DNA of 64,000 bases from Takakia lepidozioides (Eukaryota > Plantae > Bryophyta): assembly GCA_030704615.1 (NCBI GenBank), contig CM060734.1, positions 12,090,001-12,154,000 on the forward strand, given 5' to 3'. Each line of letters opens with the position of its first letter. Within the stretch, counting starts at the first letter, position 1. The position numbers were made by a program, and so were the translations under genes. Below the pieces are notes generated by a model, which was given only the letters and a program-made list of their open reading frames with translations, was not told the origin of the DNA and made no database searches. Shown here piece by piece: positions 37,250-51,325 of the stretch.

Positions 37250-38900
37250 AGAGTCTAGTGGAATGATCCTGCCAGATGGCCCTTTTGAAAGAGGCCACAC
37301 CTCTTTTTGTCCCTAGCTCCGAGGCCTCTAAACAAAGGAAGCGTGCTTGAATCAATGTGTGTCAGACCAATGAGACCTATTAAGTTTAGGCATGAGGTTT
37401 GAGTAGAACATTCAAGCCAGAAATTATAGGGGATTGTTAGGTTGGGCAGTTGATAGAAGGAGCAAAAGTAAATAAATCAGGCGGAACCGTGAAGCTGCAC
37501 TGCTATGGTGTGTTGTGTGTTCCTTGGCTGTGGGTCGTGCAGCAACCTTACTTACAACTAGAGATGAGAGAGAGCTCTTGTTCTAACTATGTAGTAACTA
37601 GAGCATAATTGGATTGCCTCAAGAGTCAACTCCCATCATGTGGGCCCCCATAAAGTCCTACACTTTGCCAGGGGGTTTGACAAACTGTTTAATATGACTA
37701 CACAAGTTGGGTCACTCTCTTCTCTGAAATCTCGGGGCTCTGCCCTAATGAGTTTCGCCATCCATGAAAGTTTTGCAACCATGAATAATCAAGATGTCCA
37801 AATATAGTGCAACTTAATGGTGATATTAGTTCAATGGATCCCAGGACCAGTTGGCAATCATATGTCCTCACTTGCAGCCTTATTATTACTACCGGTACTA
37901 CCCCTGCTCCTGAAGTTTACAACACCATCGAGTTATTGGCAGATTTATTGGTGGAGAGCAGATCACAATTAGAGCAATAACATACCATCAATTTGTCTAA
38001 CGGGGGGGCCCATTATATTTGACTAAAGCTCACATGGCTCCACTGTCCAATTCTGCTGCAAATCTTGGCAGTCCAGCTATGCTAAGCTCCAGCCCGGAAC
38101 TTTACCCTGAAGTTAGCAATGAGCAGGCTACAGCTCCTGGCCTGCCCATCAACCAAGATTCCATCTTCCTCATTCCTTCTCTCTTCACAGTCCTTTCTTT
38201 CTTGAAATTGAAGCTCTACTCTCGTGCACCGATGAGGGGTTGCAACAATCTATGCCTCTGCTCTGCAATCTTGTCTCTAATTCCCTTCATTGATAATTGT
38301 CCTGCCAGGCGGCCTCACTGTTCTGCGGCTGCCATTGAGCTCGCGATGTTCAAACTGTCAATGTGAAGGAATCCCTCGAAGAACCTGCTGTAGCCCAATT
38401 ATGAGGGCCATAGTCGCTTCAAATCCAAGTTGAAATCAAATTTGGATCATACGTTATAGACGGGCTGACTTTTGAGAGCGGTATTATCCATCGGGCGTGC
38501 ATTCTAACGTCAGGGGATTCTAATTCAATCTCGCTGGGATCATTACCCAATCGCAGCCTCTGTTACCCTGATCGCCCGCACCTATGCTTATTTCTCCATA
38601 ACCATTTATCTATCAAATTCAAAACGTAGGGCCTCTGTCCCCCTTTTTGATTAAAATATAATAAAAAATGATTAAAGACTCCCTTTAGAAAATGGAATAC
38701 AGAGGCTCCACAGACATTACCCACTGCACATGTGTCTCTGAGATCATTGACGGCATTTTTCTCAACTAAAATCAAACTGCCACCTCCGTGTATTCTTGTC
38801 CTTCAACCTTCCATGGAAGTTGCTATGCCAACCTGCTGTCGATTTTCCTCACACTGGATGAGATCAAATTCGCTGATTTGGATGAACAGAACTAGCATGT
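37250..38900 (-). mobile_element. Highly degraded L1-type LINE ORF2 (endonuclease to start of RT)
   Basis: Motif remnants in the expected order: IHGGG.LILV (GDFN region), NLIDKW, SDYGP (SDHxP), GPHDG..TLE (KAPGPDG). Confidence 0.4.
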
Positions 38901-39705
38901 CACGGCCCCCCCAAAGCCGCTCGTTCGACGGCGACGGGAATGGAATCCGAGGACTCGGCCAGTTTGGCTATACTGTAGCTACAGAGGTTTGCTCAGACGG
39001 CGAGCGTACGGCGAAACAGGGTGGGTGCCCGACGCCGAGTGGGGCAGGACGTGGAAGGACGTGACGTCCAAGGGCGCGACGTACGTCGCCGCATGGAGCG
39101 CGCGTCGCGCGCGCCAACGCGTTCCACGCACGCAAACGTGCGGCGCTCGGATGGCAGCCAACTCTGACACGCCTGCTCCGTCGTGCCGCTCGAGCTCTCT
39201 CTCTCTCTTTTGCTCGCAGTCTCGTGCACGCTGCGTGTGTGAAGGGGTAGGGTAAGTCAAGTTAGCAATCCCTGGCACTCATTTGCGGGGTGGGTATGGG
39301 GGGGGGAGGCGGAGCATGAATCTAGGGCAGGCAGTCCAACCTTCGTGGCATTTTCTGCTACGGTCTTTCACAAACTAGGAGTACAGAGGAGTGGAGGGGG
39401 TGCAGCGGCAGCGGACGGTAAGAAGCAGCAGGCCGGCCGGCGTCACAAACGTATAGCTTGGCCACCGTATCCTGTACATCATACACGTACCAGATGCTGC
39501 CAACATATAATCGACGGCAGAAAATAAGGCTGGCGCCAGATATCGCCAGAGATATACGGTTATCAGTATACGGACAGCTAGGTATCGCCAGCCCACCACC
39601 AACTGGTACTGTACGTTATACTCTACCGCCTACGCATCCACCCGCCCACCGTCGTTAGCCGGTCTCCAAGTGGAGTGACCGGGCGGGGCAGGTGGCCGGC
39701 TGGTG

Positions 39706-39807
39706 ATTGGGCCACGTGACGTAAGGCAGGATTTAACTGACGTGGCAGAAGGGGAGCCAATGGGCGATGAGCCGCTGCTTTCCCTCACAAAGTTTTTGGC
39801 GCCAAAA
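39706..39807. promoter_or_regulatory. Cluster of CCAAT boxes, G-box/ACGT elements and a palindromic E2F site
   Basis: ATTGG 39706, CACGTGACGT 39713, TGACGTGGC 39738, CCAAT 39757, TTTTGGCGCCAAAA 39794-39807. Confidence 0.5.
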
Positions 39808-42800
39808 TGTTATGGATTGCGGCGCTACCGTACCGTATTAGTATTCGTATATTGTGTGGCATCGTATGGAGTACGCGATCGCGCCGCCGCCACTCTTGTC
39901 CCCCTTGTCCCCTTTGTCCCGGCCCTGCACGCTAAAGACGGCGGAAAGATGAGGGGCTGTGTGGGAAGGATGTGGGCCCAAGTAAAGTAAAAACTAACTA
40001 TTTGGGTTTCACCCGACTCTGTGGCGAAACTTGGGTACATTAATTAGGCAGCACCTCTGCATTGAGTAACTTGTAGTACCTCAGTATTTTTTGTGTACCG
40101 CATATTTGTGTATTTATGTTTCGGTAATATTGTTCATTTCTACAAGTTTGCCATGTGACCAATGGTAAAATATTTTTCATTTACTTGTGTGCACTTGGAT
40201 GGGTCCCCAAAGAGTCTTGAGATTAATAAGGTACAGTGAGCCTTTCTGTGTTGGTTGTCACTTGTCACCCATTCCACTGTGCCCATCACATCTACATACT
40301 CATGTACACAAAGGGCGCACGGCGGCATGATGTGTAGCTAATACCACATATTACAAAGTTTTTCCTGGACATGGAGTGGAGCTATACAAAATACTGCTCC
40401 ATAGCTGCAAGCCGTTGAAAGGCTAAGAAAATTACAAAGAGGCTAAAGGTGCACTATTGAGTTCAGTGTGTAAGTTGCTGCCCTCCTACCCCCCATCTCC
40501 GAAACTCAAGTTTTAATCATTTGCAAACTTTGGTTGCTTCCAAGTTCTGGCACAGCCCCAATGGCAAAAAAAGAAAACATATAATTCCTGACTCATGGGT
40601 TATTTCCATGTAGAAGCAACATGAGGAGGGTCATTTATCCACAACGGTATGGACAGTGCCAACAAAAAGTAAGCCTGCAAGTGTAGTACGTGCTTCTATA
40701 TTCATCGTGTCCAAGCAATGATGCTGCCACACCGCATTGTTTACACCCAACATACCACGCAACATTCTGACTTTGGACCAGCCTCACTCCCGCACACTCA
40801 CTGTCCATTGCACGTCACACACAACTGCAAAATTAAAGGCTTGCCTCGAGTAGTAAATATTTGATGCCCAAATTTGTACATAGAAGCTTACTCCAGCAAT
40901 CATGTATTCACGTGGGTTTTGGATATCCAAGCTCTCAGTCCTACTCCCACATACCCTCCTCTCTCTCTCTCTCTTCATCACAGGGCCCAAGGTTGATCCA
41001 TGGATTTCATGCCCGCTTTCCTACTCAAGCTCCTCACAAAACAGCGGATATGCTGCCCACATCTCACGCACTGTCGGTGTAAAGCGCCCTCCCTCTGCAC
41101 TGTACTCGCTGCTCTGCCTGCGCTAACCACCCTGCCCCCACCCCGACTGCGACCCCCCTTCCCACCCTTCCCTGTGAAGATGCTCATCGCGCTACAAACT
41201 CATCCGAAAATATCAGAAAATCAAAGATACTTCGCGTCAATGCCTCACAGAGCCTAGAACCTTTTCACCCGCCGTCACTTTTCACTACCTTAAAACAAAC
41301 TTTACTTACTCTTACCTTCACTGTACCCTTTCTTTTACGTGGGACTGCGTCTCTTTACGACGCGGCCGTCCCCCGGGCGCCCCGGCCCGGCTCCGCCTGC
41401 CCGTTTTCCAGACCCTGCGCCCGGATGCCGCCGGTCACCGGCAACCGGTACTTGCACCACAAATAGCGGGAACCCCCCCCCCCCCCTTTTGTCCTTTTCG
41501 CCCACTCCACGCCGGTCAGTCTGACCGGCATTCCGGGTCGCTGCCCCCATACACCAGATTCACGGACCCGTGGACTCAATGGGTCCGACCGCTGCTTCGG
41601 AGAGCGCCCCATCGGCAAATGAGGTGCCACCCTCTCCCACCTTCTTTCTACTCCATCCCACTAATTAATTTCATACCCCTTCGGAAAACATCCATGGTAG
41701 AATTAAGAATGGAGTACTCACACGTGGCGTGAGTCCATGATCCAGGTATCGAATGACGTCCCAGCACAAATTGGGGTAAGAGAGAGCCGTAAAGAGGGGT
41801 GAGGCCCAAGCCGGCGCGGGTCAGCCAATGGGCTGTGCAGCGTCCTCGTTCACGCGTGTGGAGCCATGCGCCCATAGCCATCCGTACGTGCATTCATGCC
41901 ATGCCATCAATGCCCGCTGCCCGGCACTAACCATCCATCCCCCACCCCGCCTTCTTTGCATCTTCCTTCCCAACCCGCAGATGAACGTCGCCCAGTAATT
42001 GTCATTCATCCTGTTAGACGAATGATCTCCTCGGATGAGCCCGTACTGGGCATCCATGGATGCCCATAAGCCGGGCAGGCCGCTGGCCGGCGGCGCCGGC
42101 CGAACAAGCAGGTCGTCGCCCCGGGACCGGCCCCCGTGCTCGGGACTCGAGCCCGGGCTAGCCACGGCCGGGCTTTGGTCCGCCACCGGGGGTGGCCCGT
42201 GAATAATTGAGGTCCGCCTTCTCTCTCGCTCTTACTTAGTTATTTGCTTCACAAAGCCAAGCCTGCCTTATCTCATCAATTAACTTATAGCCAGGGTAAT
42301 TTGTCTCTGAGATCCCAAGACCGTGCATGCGAGAGTAAATAGGGTGAGCGTCAAAAAAAGCGTGTGTCTGAGGATTGGAGCGCAGGACCAGGTGAATACA
42401 TAAAGCGGGTTGGCGTCACGGGTGACGTGACGGGGAGCGCCGGCATGTCGCAGACGACGGCCGTGCTCGACAGCGGGCCCGTCCCGGACGGACGGGCCGT
42501 TCTTGGACGCCGGGATGCACGTCGGGAAAAGGCGTCGGTTTCGGGGACGTCCCGGGAGGAGTGGACGTGAAGGTGGTGCGGCAGGCGGACGTCAGGTACC
42601 GGGAAAAAGCGACGACGGCCGTGGAGCGGCGGCGCAGGGGTGGGCAACAGTTGGTGAGGGATCGGGCAGGGCGGGCAGGCGGGCAAGAGGCTTGTACGAG
42701 ACGCTTCTACAGACGAGGGAGGTCGTCTCTCTCTCTCTTCAGAATCGCAGCGCGCAGTTGAGTTATTTGCAGAGTGTTTGCGGGGGTTATTTGTAGCAAA

Positions 42801-43423
42801 CTCATTTGCCGGTTCCTGTTCTCAGTAGACTGTAACGCAGTCGTAGTCTAGACTCGGTCTCGGCCCAGTGTCGCGGTGTGCTAGAGTAGTGGGGGTATAT
42901 AATACTAGCTTGTCTCGCCCTCGCCTCTTTTGTTGTAACCTGTCTAGCCCCAACTTCGTCCGGTCGCTGTAGAGGTCTGTCGTATTCGGGGTCTGGAGTT
43001 GTAGTCGGTTGCTTGCTGTAGGCTTCCTGCCTGTTCGTCCTCAAACGTTGAGCGTTGTCTCTCTCTCTCTCCACCTCCGTTCGAAAGCTTTGTGTCCTCC
43101 CCTGGACAACCTGTGTGGTGCTGTCGTCCGACGTCTTTTGCTGTCCTCGTCATTCCCGACGCGCCTGTGTGCATTGGCCGAAGCAGGTGGAGAGAAAAGG
43201 TTTTCTGTAGTAAGGGGTGAAAGCGTCCTTTCTCCCTCGGTGCAAGCCTCTAGTGTCCCTGGCTTCTGAATCGGGTTCATCACAGTCGGTTGGCGCGAGC
43301 CCACGTACTTCTGGAGGTTTGTTTGCTGAATAACTTGCCAGCGGAGCGTCTGTTGTGTGATGAGAACTGCAGTGCTCGCTTGAGACTACTTCAGAGTTGT
43401 CTTCTCTATTACTAGTAGTTGCC

Positions 43424-43492
43424 ATGAGCTTCACTCCGACTGATTGGAGATTGTATTGTGCACCCAAGGGCGCCAAGGAAGATGAATGCTGA
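43424..43492 (+). other. Candidate uORF (22 aa, MSFTPTDWRLYCAPKGAKEDEC) upstream of SMR
   Basis: GCCATG context; lies between a TATA-like TATATAAT (~42896) and the SMR ATG. Confidence 0.4.
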
Positions 43493-43769
43493 GTGACTCA
43501 TTGTGTTGGTTGACTTGCCCTTCGAAGGAAGGAAAGCGCTAGAGGTGGACTCGTCGCCTAACGGCCCTCCTTAGAGGCTGGAAATCAGCTGGCTCGGTGC
43601 TAGTGATGGTTGTTTGAACATTAGTTCTCAATTGAGTTCCTTGGGGTGCGAGGTGTAAGGCTGTTCCAGAGCGATACTGCAGCTGGCACTCTATCGAAAA
43701 CCTTGCCTTGGGCATTAAGACTCCAAAAGGTTCTCTGTGTGTGGGAGGATTAGACTTCCCGTTCGAGCA

Positions 43770-44201
43770 ATGGCGCCTACCACTGCAGGCTGTTGCTCAA
43801 TGATGCACAGCCGGACCCAAGAGCATATTGAGTCCGGATCAGGAAGACGGAGATTGTCGATGGACAGTTGGGTATGCCTCCCGTTGCTCAGGCCCATTCG
43901 CACAGGGCATGCAGTGTCACTGCAATCTTCTACCTCGGCTGCGTGCTCTCGGCTAGAGGAGTGTACCAACATTTCGCTAGACACCACTTGTAACGGGGAT
44001 GAAGAGGGGAAGCCACGGGAGTCTGGCTGTGAAACACCAAAGTCGAAAGAGCACAGAATACCAGAAGTAAACTTCTGCCCCCCTGCTCCCAGGAAGCCCC
44101 GAGTAATGGCCAGGAGGCGAAGGGTGCAACCTACCAATTTTTTCAACCCTCCAGATTTTGAGGCATTTCTCTCCCACCACAAGTTACAAGTGAAGAGTTA
44201 A
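43770..44201 (+). CDS. SMR: SIAMESE-RELATED cyclin-dependent kinase inhibitor
   Basis: Single-exon ORF with the SMR motifs CETPKSKEHRIP, CPPAPRKP and FFNPPDFEAFL. First in-frame ATG is at 43770. Confidence 0.92.
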   Translation: MAPTTAGCCSMMHSRTQEHIESGSGRRRLSMDSWVCLPLLRPIRTGHAVSLQSSTSAACSRLEECTNISLDTTCNGDEEGKPRESGCETPKSKEHRIPEVNFCPPAPRKPRVMARRRRVQPTNFFNPPDFEAFLSHHKLQVKS

Positions 44202-47200
44202 GTCACTCTTCTCCTGTAGGGGAAAGAGATGCTTTGTACATTCACTCTACAACTTTCCACTCTTCTCTGTGTGTGAAGGGGGTGGGAGAGCCCACCAATT
44301 GGGCAACTGACTATGAAGGTCCAGGTCCAGTTCTGATGGGTTCAACTGCAACGCGCTCTTCTTGTGGATACACTTGCACTCACCCAGGATTTGTAGTGGC
44401 AACTGGAGAGAGAACTTTTTACGGTCCTTGCGGCACTGCGCAGCAGCTGAAGAACACTGAGTTTGTACCTCAGTGTGTGTCACATTAGCCTTGGTAGTCC
44501 AGCTTGTAAATGGTCCGTGCAAAGCTTATGCACTTCGTAGAAACAAGGGTTGTGGGTGCGAATGCAGAAGTTAGGGGAAGCGGGTTGGGACCCGCATGGA
44601 CTCGCTTCCTTGGGGGTGCACGAGACCGCCTTGGGAAGAAAATTTTGTCAGTCGCAGGATGGTTGCCGTGTACCATTGTGGTTCAATTCACTGTTTCTTT
44701 GTACCCGGTGGAGAACAGTAGTGAACAGTGAGTGGTCGTATCCAATGAGACTCTCTGAAGAGAACTGATATAGCATAGTTTTGTAGGAAAGGTTTTGGGT
44801 AAAGCCCTTGTGCCGGTCAAAATGTTTGTTATGGGTGGATTTGGTGGGCTCAGACTGGTCATCCAGAAGACACTGCCACCCTTCTGAGGCTATGGCATTG
44901 GGCCCCCAGTGCCACAAAGCCCAGGATTCTGTATTTCTAACAGGTTCAAAATAACCGTCGTTAGCTTTTTTCTTCCTTTGCGACATTCTCTCACCGGCTG
45001 GCTACTTATGGTGCTCTTCTCGCTTTGTTCCCAGTGTATCCCTTCAGTATATATGCTTGTGTTCTGGGACTACGTAGCTGGGCTTCATGACCGGTGTGCC
45101 ATAGGTGTAGTAGCACTGTGTAAAGGCGGGAAGGTTTTTCTCCCCTAGCGAACCTAATTCTTATTATTTGAAGTAAACGTTCTCAACTGTTTAGTGTAAG
45201 AATCTGTGTTTGTGTCATCGCAACCGGCCAGTAGAGTAAAAGCTCTCCTCGAAGCGACTTGTGCTACCACTGGCATGCACGTCAGGACTTATTCCAGTAG
45301 TAGTGGAAATCGAATGAGAACAAGGATGTCCTGGGGGTGTGATGTGTTTCTATTACTGGTGGTTCGCATCTGGTGGTCGACTGAAATGTGACTAAAGGGT
45401 ATCTGGACTTAGAAGCTACAAAGGCAGCTGTAGTTTGATAGGGTCCCTAACCGGGGAAAGACTGCTATACTTCGCAGCCCATCAAATGTGATGAACTGGC
45501 CTATGGACTTACTGAAGCCTTACTCACTCATGCACGAATGCAACTCCACAGTACTCGAAGGCTTCTTATCTAGAGGTTTAGTCTTTGTATCCTTCACTAT
45601 TCTCTATGCTTGCTGTTGTCCTGAAGCAGGTTCCAACCACATGCCAGTGATTATGAGGAGGTGGGAGAGGAGGTGGGAGAGTCCCTAATCCCCAGTCCAT
45701 GTTTTGGAAAGAGTAACGGGGTAGCAAAACACCACAGAGATTACTACACACATAGATACTGGACCTTGGTAGACAGTCCCTACAGGTGGATTTGTGGACG
45801 CTAAATGCAAGTCTGTAGTTGAGCTGTACGTAGAAACTGCAGCTGCTGTCTTGTAGTTTCCTCTCCCTTGCTCCTGTTGACTGTTTCCTCGTGACCAAAT
45901 GCTTTAGTTCCAGCCGGCTACCCAAATGGTTTTCACCCACTCAGGCAAAACTTCGAGCAGCGGCAGAACTGCTCACCCACTCATGACTGTACTTTCCAAC
46001 CACCACCTTTTACACTTGGTGAAGTGGGGAGGCATTGGCAAGTCACGAACTCTGGGAAGTACATAGGTCTGTAGTGGAAGGTTTCCAAGTTATTTCCAAG
46101 GCTCTGGATACATTCATGGGAATGCCAGACAAGGTGATGTGCTCAAGGCAGGGTTCAAATCTGAGGGATTCATGGAAGGTGGCTAGTGAGGAGCTTGTAT
46201 TTATGCAATCATGTTTATTCTCCTGACCTCACACAAGCCTTTCTTTGCTGCTGTTTTGTGGAACATATTGCTCACTTCTGTAGTGTCAAAATAGTGGGCA
46301 TTGTTTGCTGGGCATTTGCATAAGATGTTCAGCACTGAGAAAGAAACTGATGAATAGTAACCTGCACATCATGAATTCTTTTTCCAGTAGCGAAATTTCC
46401 CTTGGGGAGGCGTGGAATGCCAAGCAGTCTATCCAGATTCAAAACAACCTGTCTATCATGGTCACATGAGGGCGGTAGTGCTGTGACGAAGAGCGTTCTC
46501 AGATGCGTATTGCACAAGAGAGTCTGGTGTGAGGGATGGTAATGATGGTCTGTGGAGTAGTGAGAGGGATAGTGGGTAATAATAGGTCATGAGCGATGCC
46601 CAAAACTCCCGTTACCATACAATAGACGTGATTTATGTATTGTTGACAATCGTGAGAAAGACTTCAATCTGCGTGTTTGAACAGGAGTCCACCTGATTCT
46701 TTTGAGCATCTTTTTGTGGGATTGTTCACACCTTTTGCACCACTTCCAGCTGAATTGATGAGTGGAGCAGCAGTTTAACACCCAGGCATGGGCCCCAGCG
46801 TCGGACCCAGTCAAGGGGCGTATGGGCACAGAGTATGCAATCGAACACGCCACTGTTTGAAGGTGTAATTTCATACTGTTAGTAGTTACAGGGCTTGGTG
46901 CCAGCTAAGGAATTGTTGCAAGCCCTTCACAAAGACTTGGGACTCGAGTTAACTTCAGAGTTCCAAATCGTAACAGTCATGATCAAAGATAAAGAGAATG
47001 AATGAGGCTCTTTTTAGTAAGCAGATTGAGCAAAGGTGGTCCTGTAGCAGCTCTACGTGAAATAGCTTCAGAGTCTACCTACTCTGCCTCATGTTTGTTC
47101 TTTCTAGAAATTTTGGAATGCATGTGTGAGAAAATGTCAGTGGGGTGATTCTCTATACAAACCCCAGTAATCCATAACAATTCCTTGTTAGGTCATCCTG

Positions 47201-48019
47201 CAATTCACCTCTCGAGTACAACTCAAGAACACAATGCAAACTCCGGATGGCCCAAATAGGAATCCTGTAGAATGTAGCTGTCTATGTCAGCGACAAAATG
47301 GCGACGAAATAACTTGTTCGGTCAGCATGTTACCGAGTTCAAGTGGGCGGGGAATTTCTGTGACAATTATCAAAACCCATCCAAACATGGCGTGCAACAA
47401 AAAACCCAGAGTACCAGGAAACTTGGTGAGTTGAATCATGGTACCGGCCATGAGTATGAGTAAGAGTTACTTCCGCTTGCGGAGGAGCAACAACTTGTCG
47501 ATTGACACAGAAGAACCAACCCGATTTGATGGTCGCAGAAACTGTTCAGTCTGATTGCCCAACTTGGGCAATTAAGGTCCTGGCTGTCTCCCTCAAACAG
47601 TTTTCCTCCAAGAAAGGACAAGACAAGTGATTATGGCCCTCTGTCTTGCGGCCATAGAGCTGTCGTCTCCACTCCAAATTGCTGAGTATCGATCGGAAGA
47701 ACACAAGGAAGGAGCGACTCACCCACACTGCTCCGGACACAGCCGTGCATCTTCTCCCGCTTGGATGAACATGATGGAGAAAGTGGATGAACGCAGAATG
47801 ACACATCCGTGCAAACCCATCTGCCCGTGCAATGAGTGCCATGATGGCCATACTAAAGACACCCATCAAGTCCATACCAAATACGCATATACCTTCGTAC
47901 AGTATACGCAAGCCGCCGTATTTGACGTTGCCATGATGGCCATCATGGCATGTCCCATGCCCACCGCCCATGCTTACTATTCCGGCGCTCCCCCGCCCCC
48001 GCCGCCGGGCCAACCTTCG

Positions 48020-48165
48020 CTATCGCCATTTTGGCAATTGCCTGTCGCCTAATTGCATTCAATGTTGCCAATCTGGCAATAAGTATCGCCATTTTGGCAA
48101 TTTCCTGTCGCCTAATTGCATGCAATATTGCCAATCTGGCAATAAGTATCGCCAATCTGGCACTA
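48020..48165. repeat. ~63-bp tandem repeat (~2.3 copies) with GCCATTTTGGC / GCCAATCTGGC hairpins
   Basis: Direct inspection. Confidence 0.85.
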
Positions 48166-49899
48166 TATTACCATTTTACTTACTCACATGGCACATAAAA
48201 GCCTCAGTGAATATGGGTCGAGTAATAGCCGTCGGCTTCATGAGTATAGCCATAATAAGTCCACCAAATTATGGGTATAGCCAAAAACTACACCCTAACT
48301 GTAGCCACTTTGCTCCACATAATGTCATCAGATCCATAGCCAGGGAGTTTAGCCATTTAGTCACATTTAGCCATGGTCGGGGTCATAGACAGAATTGTTT
48401 TTTAATCGATGATCAATACTTTTATCCGTTAGGAGGCCGTCGTCGTCGACGACGACGACGGGGTACAGTGCAGGGAAAGCAGAGATGGTCGTCGTGGTCC
48501 CCGTTGTGTGGAGGGGGTGGACATTGAAGGTGGGGGGGCGGGGGAGCAGGAGATCATGGGGTGAAGGGTGTGGGGGGGGGTGGGCATGAGCAGCTTCATC
48601 GGCGGTGTTGTTATCGCTGTGGATTATTGTATGGCGAATTGAACCGCAAGGCTGTCTTTTTGCTTTCCATGTGCTCACGTGTTCTGTCCAGACAGATTTC
48701 CTTTATGAGTTCACCTGAGGAAACGCATACTGTCCATTTTCTTTCTCGGATCATGAGCATGAAGTGTATTAAGATGGGTTGAATGTTACCCGCGGGATGC
48801 AAAACATTGCTTCTTTAAGTGGTGGTACCATCGATCTCATGTGGTGCTGCAGCATGAGTCTGTTGACTTGCTAGTGTTGCCAAACATTTTATATATGTAC
48901 AAGGGAGCTGAATAAAGAGAAGAGAACTATACAAGACTAGTAATGGTTTCACCTCCCTCCCTTGGCTTCACAACGGTTTCGAGGTCCTAGAATTCCACAC
49001 TTTCACATAGAGGAGACATCACGCGCTATTCGAACTTGAGCGAGATCAGGGCTTTTGCTGAATTCTCTTTCCTATAAACTGTAGTGAAGCAGTCAGGGTA
49101 ATTTTGTTGGGTTTCCAGTGCGGTCAACAGGCCAGGAAGCTATTAACCCAAGAAGACGGCTTGTCGGCAGCTTGTCTGGACCAGTACAAATTAGAGTAAG
49201 TGTTGTTTTTGGCCATCCTCCATTGGTCCCCCATCAAGTCTCAAGAGAGTTTCCATCTCCAAGCCTCAGTTAAGTTAGTCGTGGACAAGAGCCATAAGTG
49301 AACCGTGGTAACCCTCGCTGCGGCGAAAGCGGAGCCGAGTTATCTTGTTTGATGCTAATGTTGGGACTGTCCCTCACGATTTGTCAACATTTCCACTTAT
49401 GTTGACGGGTCGTGATGGGCGCTCTCAGCATGCCACTTCAGTATTCAACTTGTTAAATGCAGAGTGACCATCTGGTGCTTAGATGACAGATCAGGCTCGG
49501 AGCTATTTTCTGCCAGGCCCTTTTCACCTACTATTGTAAAACACCATCAAAGTTTCAAACTTGCATGCACCTGATACATCATAATTCTGAGCAGCTTCGA
49601 CATGCATGTGCGAGTGAAAATTGATGGGGGAAAGTGAACTGTGCATCGATCATCGACAGGTTTCCCATCTGCTCACAAAGAGGGGGGTTGGGAGGAGACG
49701 ATGCCTGTATGGTCTCCACGACGTTGAGGCATGAGGAAATCTGTGTGGATCATTCACCTTACAAAGAACTACGTTTGATGGAGCAAGTTTTTGTTTTGTG
49801 ACCCTTCTTTAAAGGAGCACAAAGCAATTTGATAGAGAACTGAACTGTGAATAGCAATAGATATTCTTTGGTAGGTATTGAAGGATTTTGCTGCACCAT

Positions 49900-50600
49900 C
49901 CTTCCCCACGCAGAAGGAATGTGGCATTCAACTTTAGAGATGTTTGTACCTACCATACGCTGCCACCAAAGGCTCTTATTAGCTGGTATGTTACCAGGCT
50001 CCAGTAGTGCTTGAATGTTGTAGGTTAAACTACCAAGAAAATAATACATAACAATGTTACTAGCGAAATTTCCTTTTTATCTGATGGTATCTGTCCTACC
50101 ATCAGTACTGCACAGGATATTTGTCTCCAATAGAAGCATGAGTGTGAATCGAAGAGCACTTGGTTGATAATCAAAGCTATGGCAACAGCACTACTTTCCC
50201 TAACAAAGCCATAGCACGGCCTACTTGGAATCGTCACCCCACATCATCAATTGGCAAAGAATTCTCTGGTGGAATTCTCAAGTGGAACTGCAACCTAGTT
50301 CAAAACCTTTACCACACATTCTAAAGACAATTGACTCCCCTGACTCTTATCAGCTTTAGTGCCTACAGGATACCACACCACATACAAAACAAGTCCAACG
50401 AGTATTCCTCAACCATCCGTGTGTGTTGATATACAAGAACTGTGCTGGAGAAGTGGCAGTTCTCCTCAAGTATTGCTGCACATACTGCATTGGAACCACC
50501 AACAAGTGGCTCAAAACCCTCATTCAAAAGCCCACCCAGACTTCTGACACAACAAGAGAATTTCAAGCATATTACTTTTAATTTGTAGGAGAAGCTGATG
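49900..50600 (-). mobile_element. Degraded L1-type RT C-terminal remnant
   Basis: Fragments YPVG, GKVVLL and IINQVL...FYW resemble the YLG.P.G...LS..G+..LIN.VL pattern. Confidence 0.35.
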
Positions 50601-51115
50601 TGAATCTGCCTCTGACTTACATTACACAACATGCACAATGCATTGCCCTTCCGGCTGAACGTACCCTAATTAATTCCAACTTCGAAGTCCAGGGTTCCTC
50701 TTTGTAAATCTACAGTCCATTGCACCATTGCTCTTCGCTATCTGCAGGTCATTGCAATATGCATTCAACGCGTTGACATATGCATTGAAAAACAGAAATG
50801 TTGTGGAAACCCCCAGGACCAAATAGGTAGCTCTAGAACAGCCTCTTCACCCATTAATTGAGATGGAGGCCAGTGCCATATGATCTCTTCCCCTTTCACA
50901 CATCTTACAACATAACTCGGTAGAGAGGTTGGCATCCCTCAAAAGTTGGACCAATCAGTGGATAAGGGTTGTAAGCTGTACATCTGCGACTTCTTACCAC
51001 GGAGCCAACCTCCCCTGTAAAAATCAGAGAGTGGAACCAGAGGAATAGGCAGCGGACCACATATGAAGAATTCTGAAGAAGGGAACATTACTCCAATGGT
51101 GGGCCCATCCCCATG

Positions 51116-51325
51116 TTATGTTCTATTGCTATCGAACTGTTTCTGCAAGTTACGGAGCTCCCGCCGCAGCTGTAGCACCTCCGCAGAAACATCAGTTGCC
51201 TTTAGATCCTGCCTGAGCTTCTTCACCTCCTGTTCCAGCAACTTTACATGGCTCTCTTGTTCTTTGAGGGTTAATAGCAATGAGCCAATGTCTACAGCTT
51301 CCGCCCTTTGGGCAACTGCCATCGC
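51116..51325 (-). CDS. TRAF-type zinc-finger gene, exon 6 (coiled coil, stop)
   Basis: AMAVAQRAEAVDIGSLLLTLKEQE...; acceptor TGTGCAG; ends at TAA. Confidence 0.88.
   Translation of the reverse strand, partial: AMAVAQRAEAVDIGSLLLTLKEQESHVKLLEQEVKKLRQDLKATDVSAEVLQLRRELRNLQKQFDSNRT

Noticed and set aside
46030-46874. Possible LINE remnant (KSRLLYG-like peptide)
   Set aside because: Only one weak motif; not enough to call.
47627-48527. 141-aa and 185-aa ORFs as genes
   Set aside because: They overlap short palindromic and tandem repeats and have no recognisable domain or splice structure.
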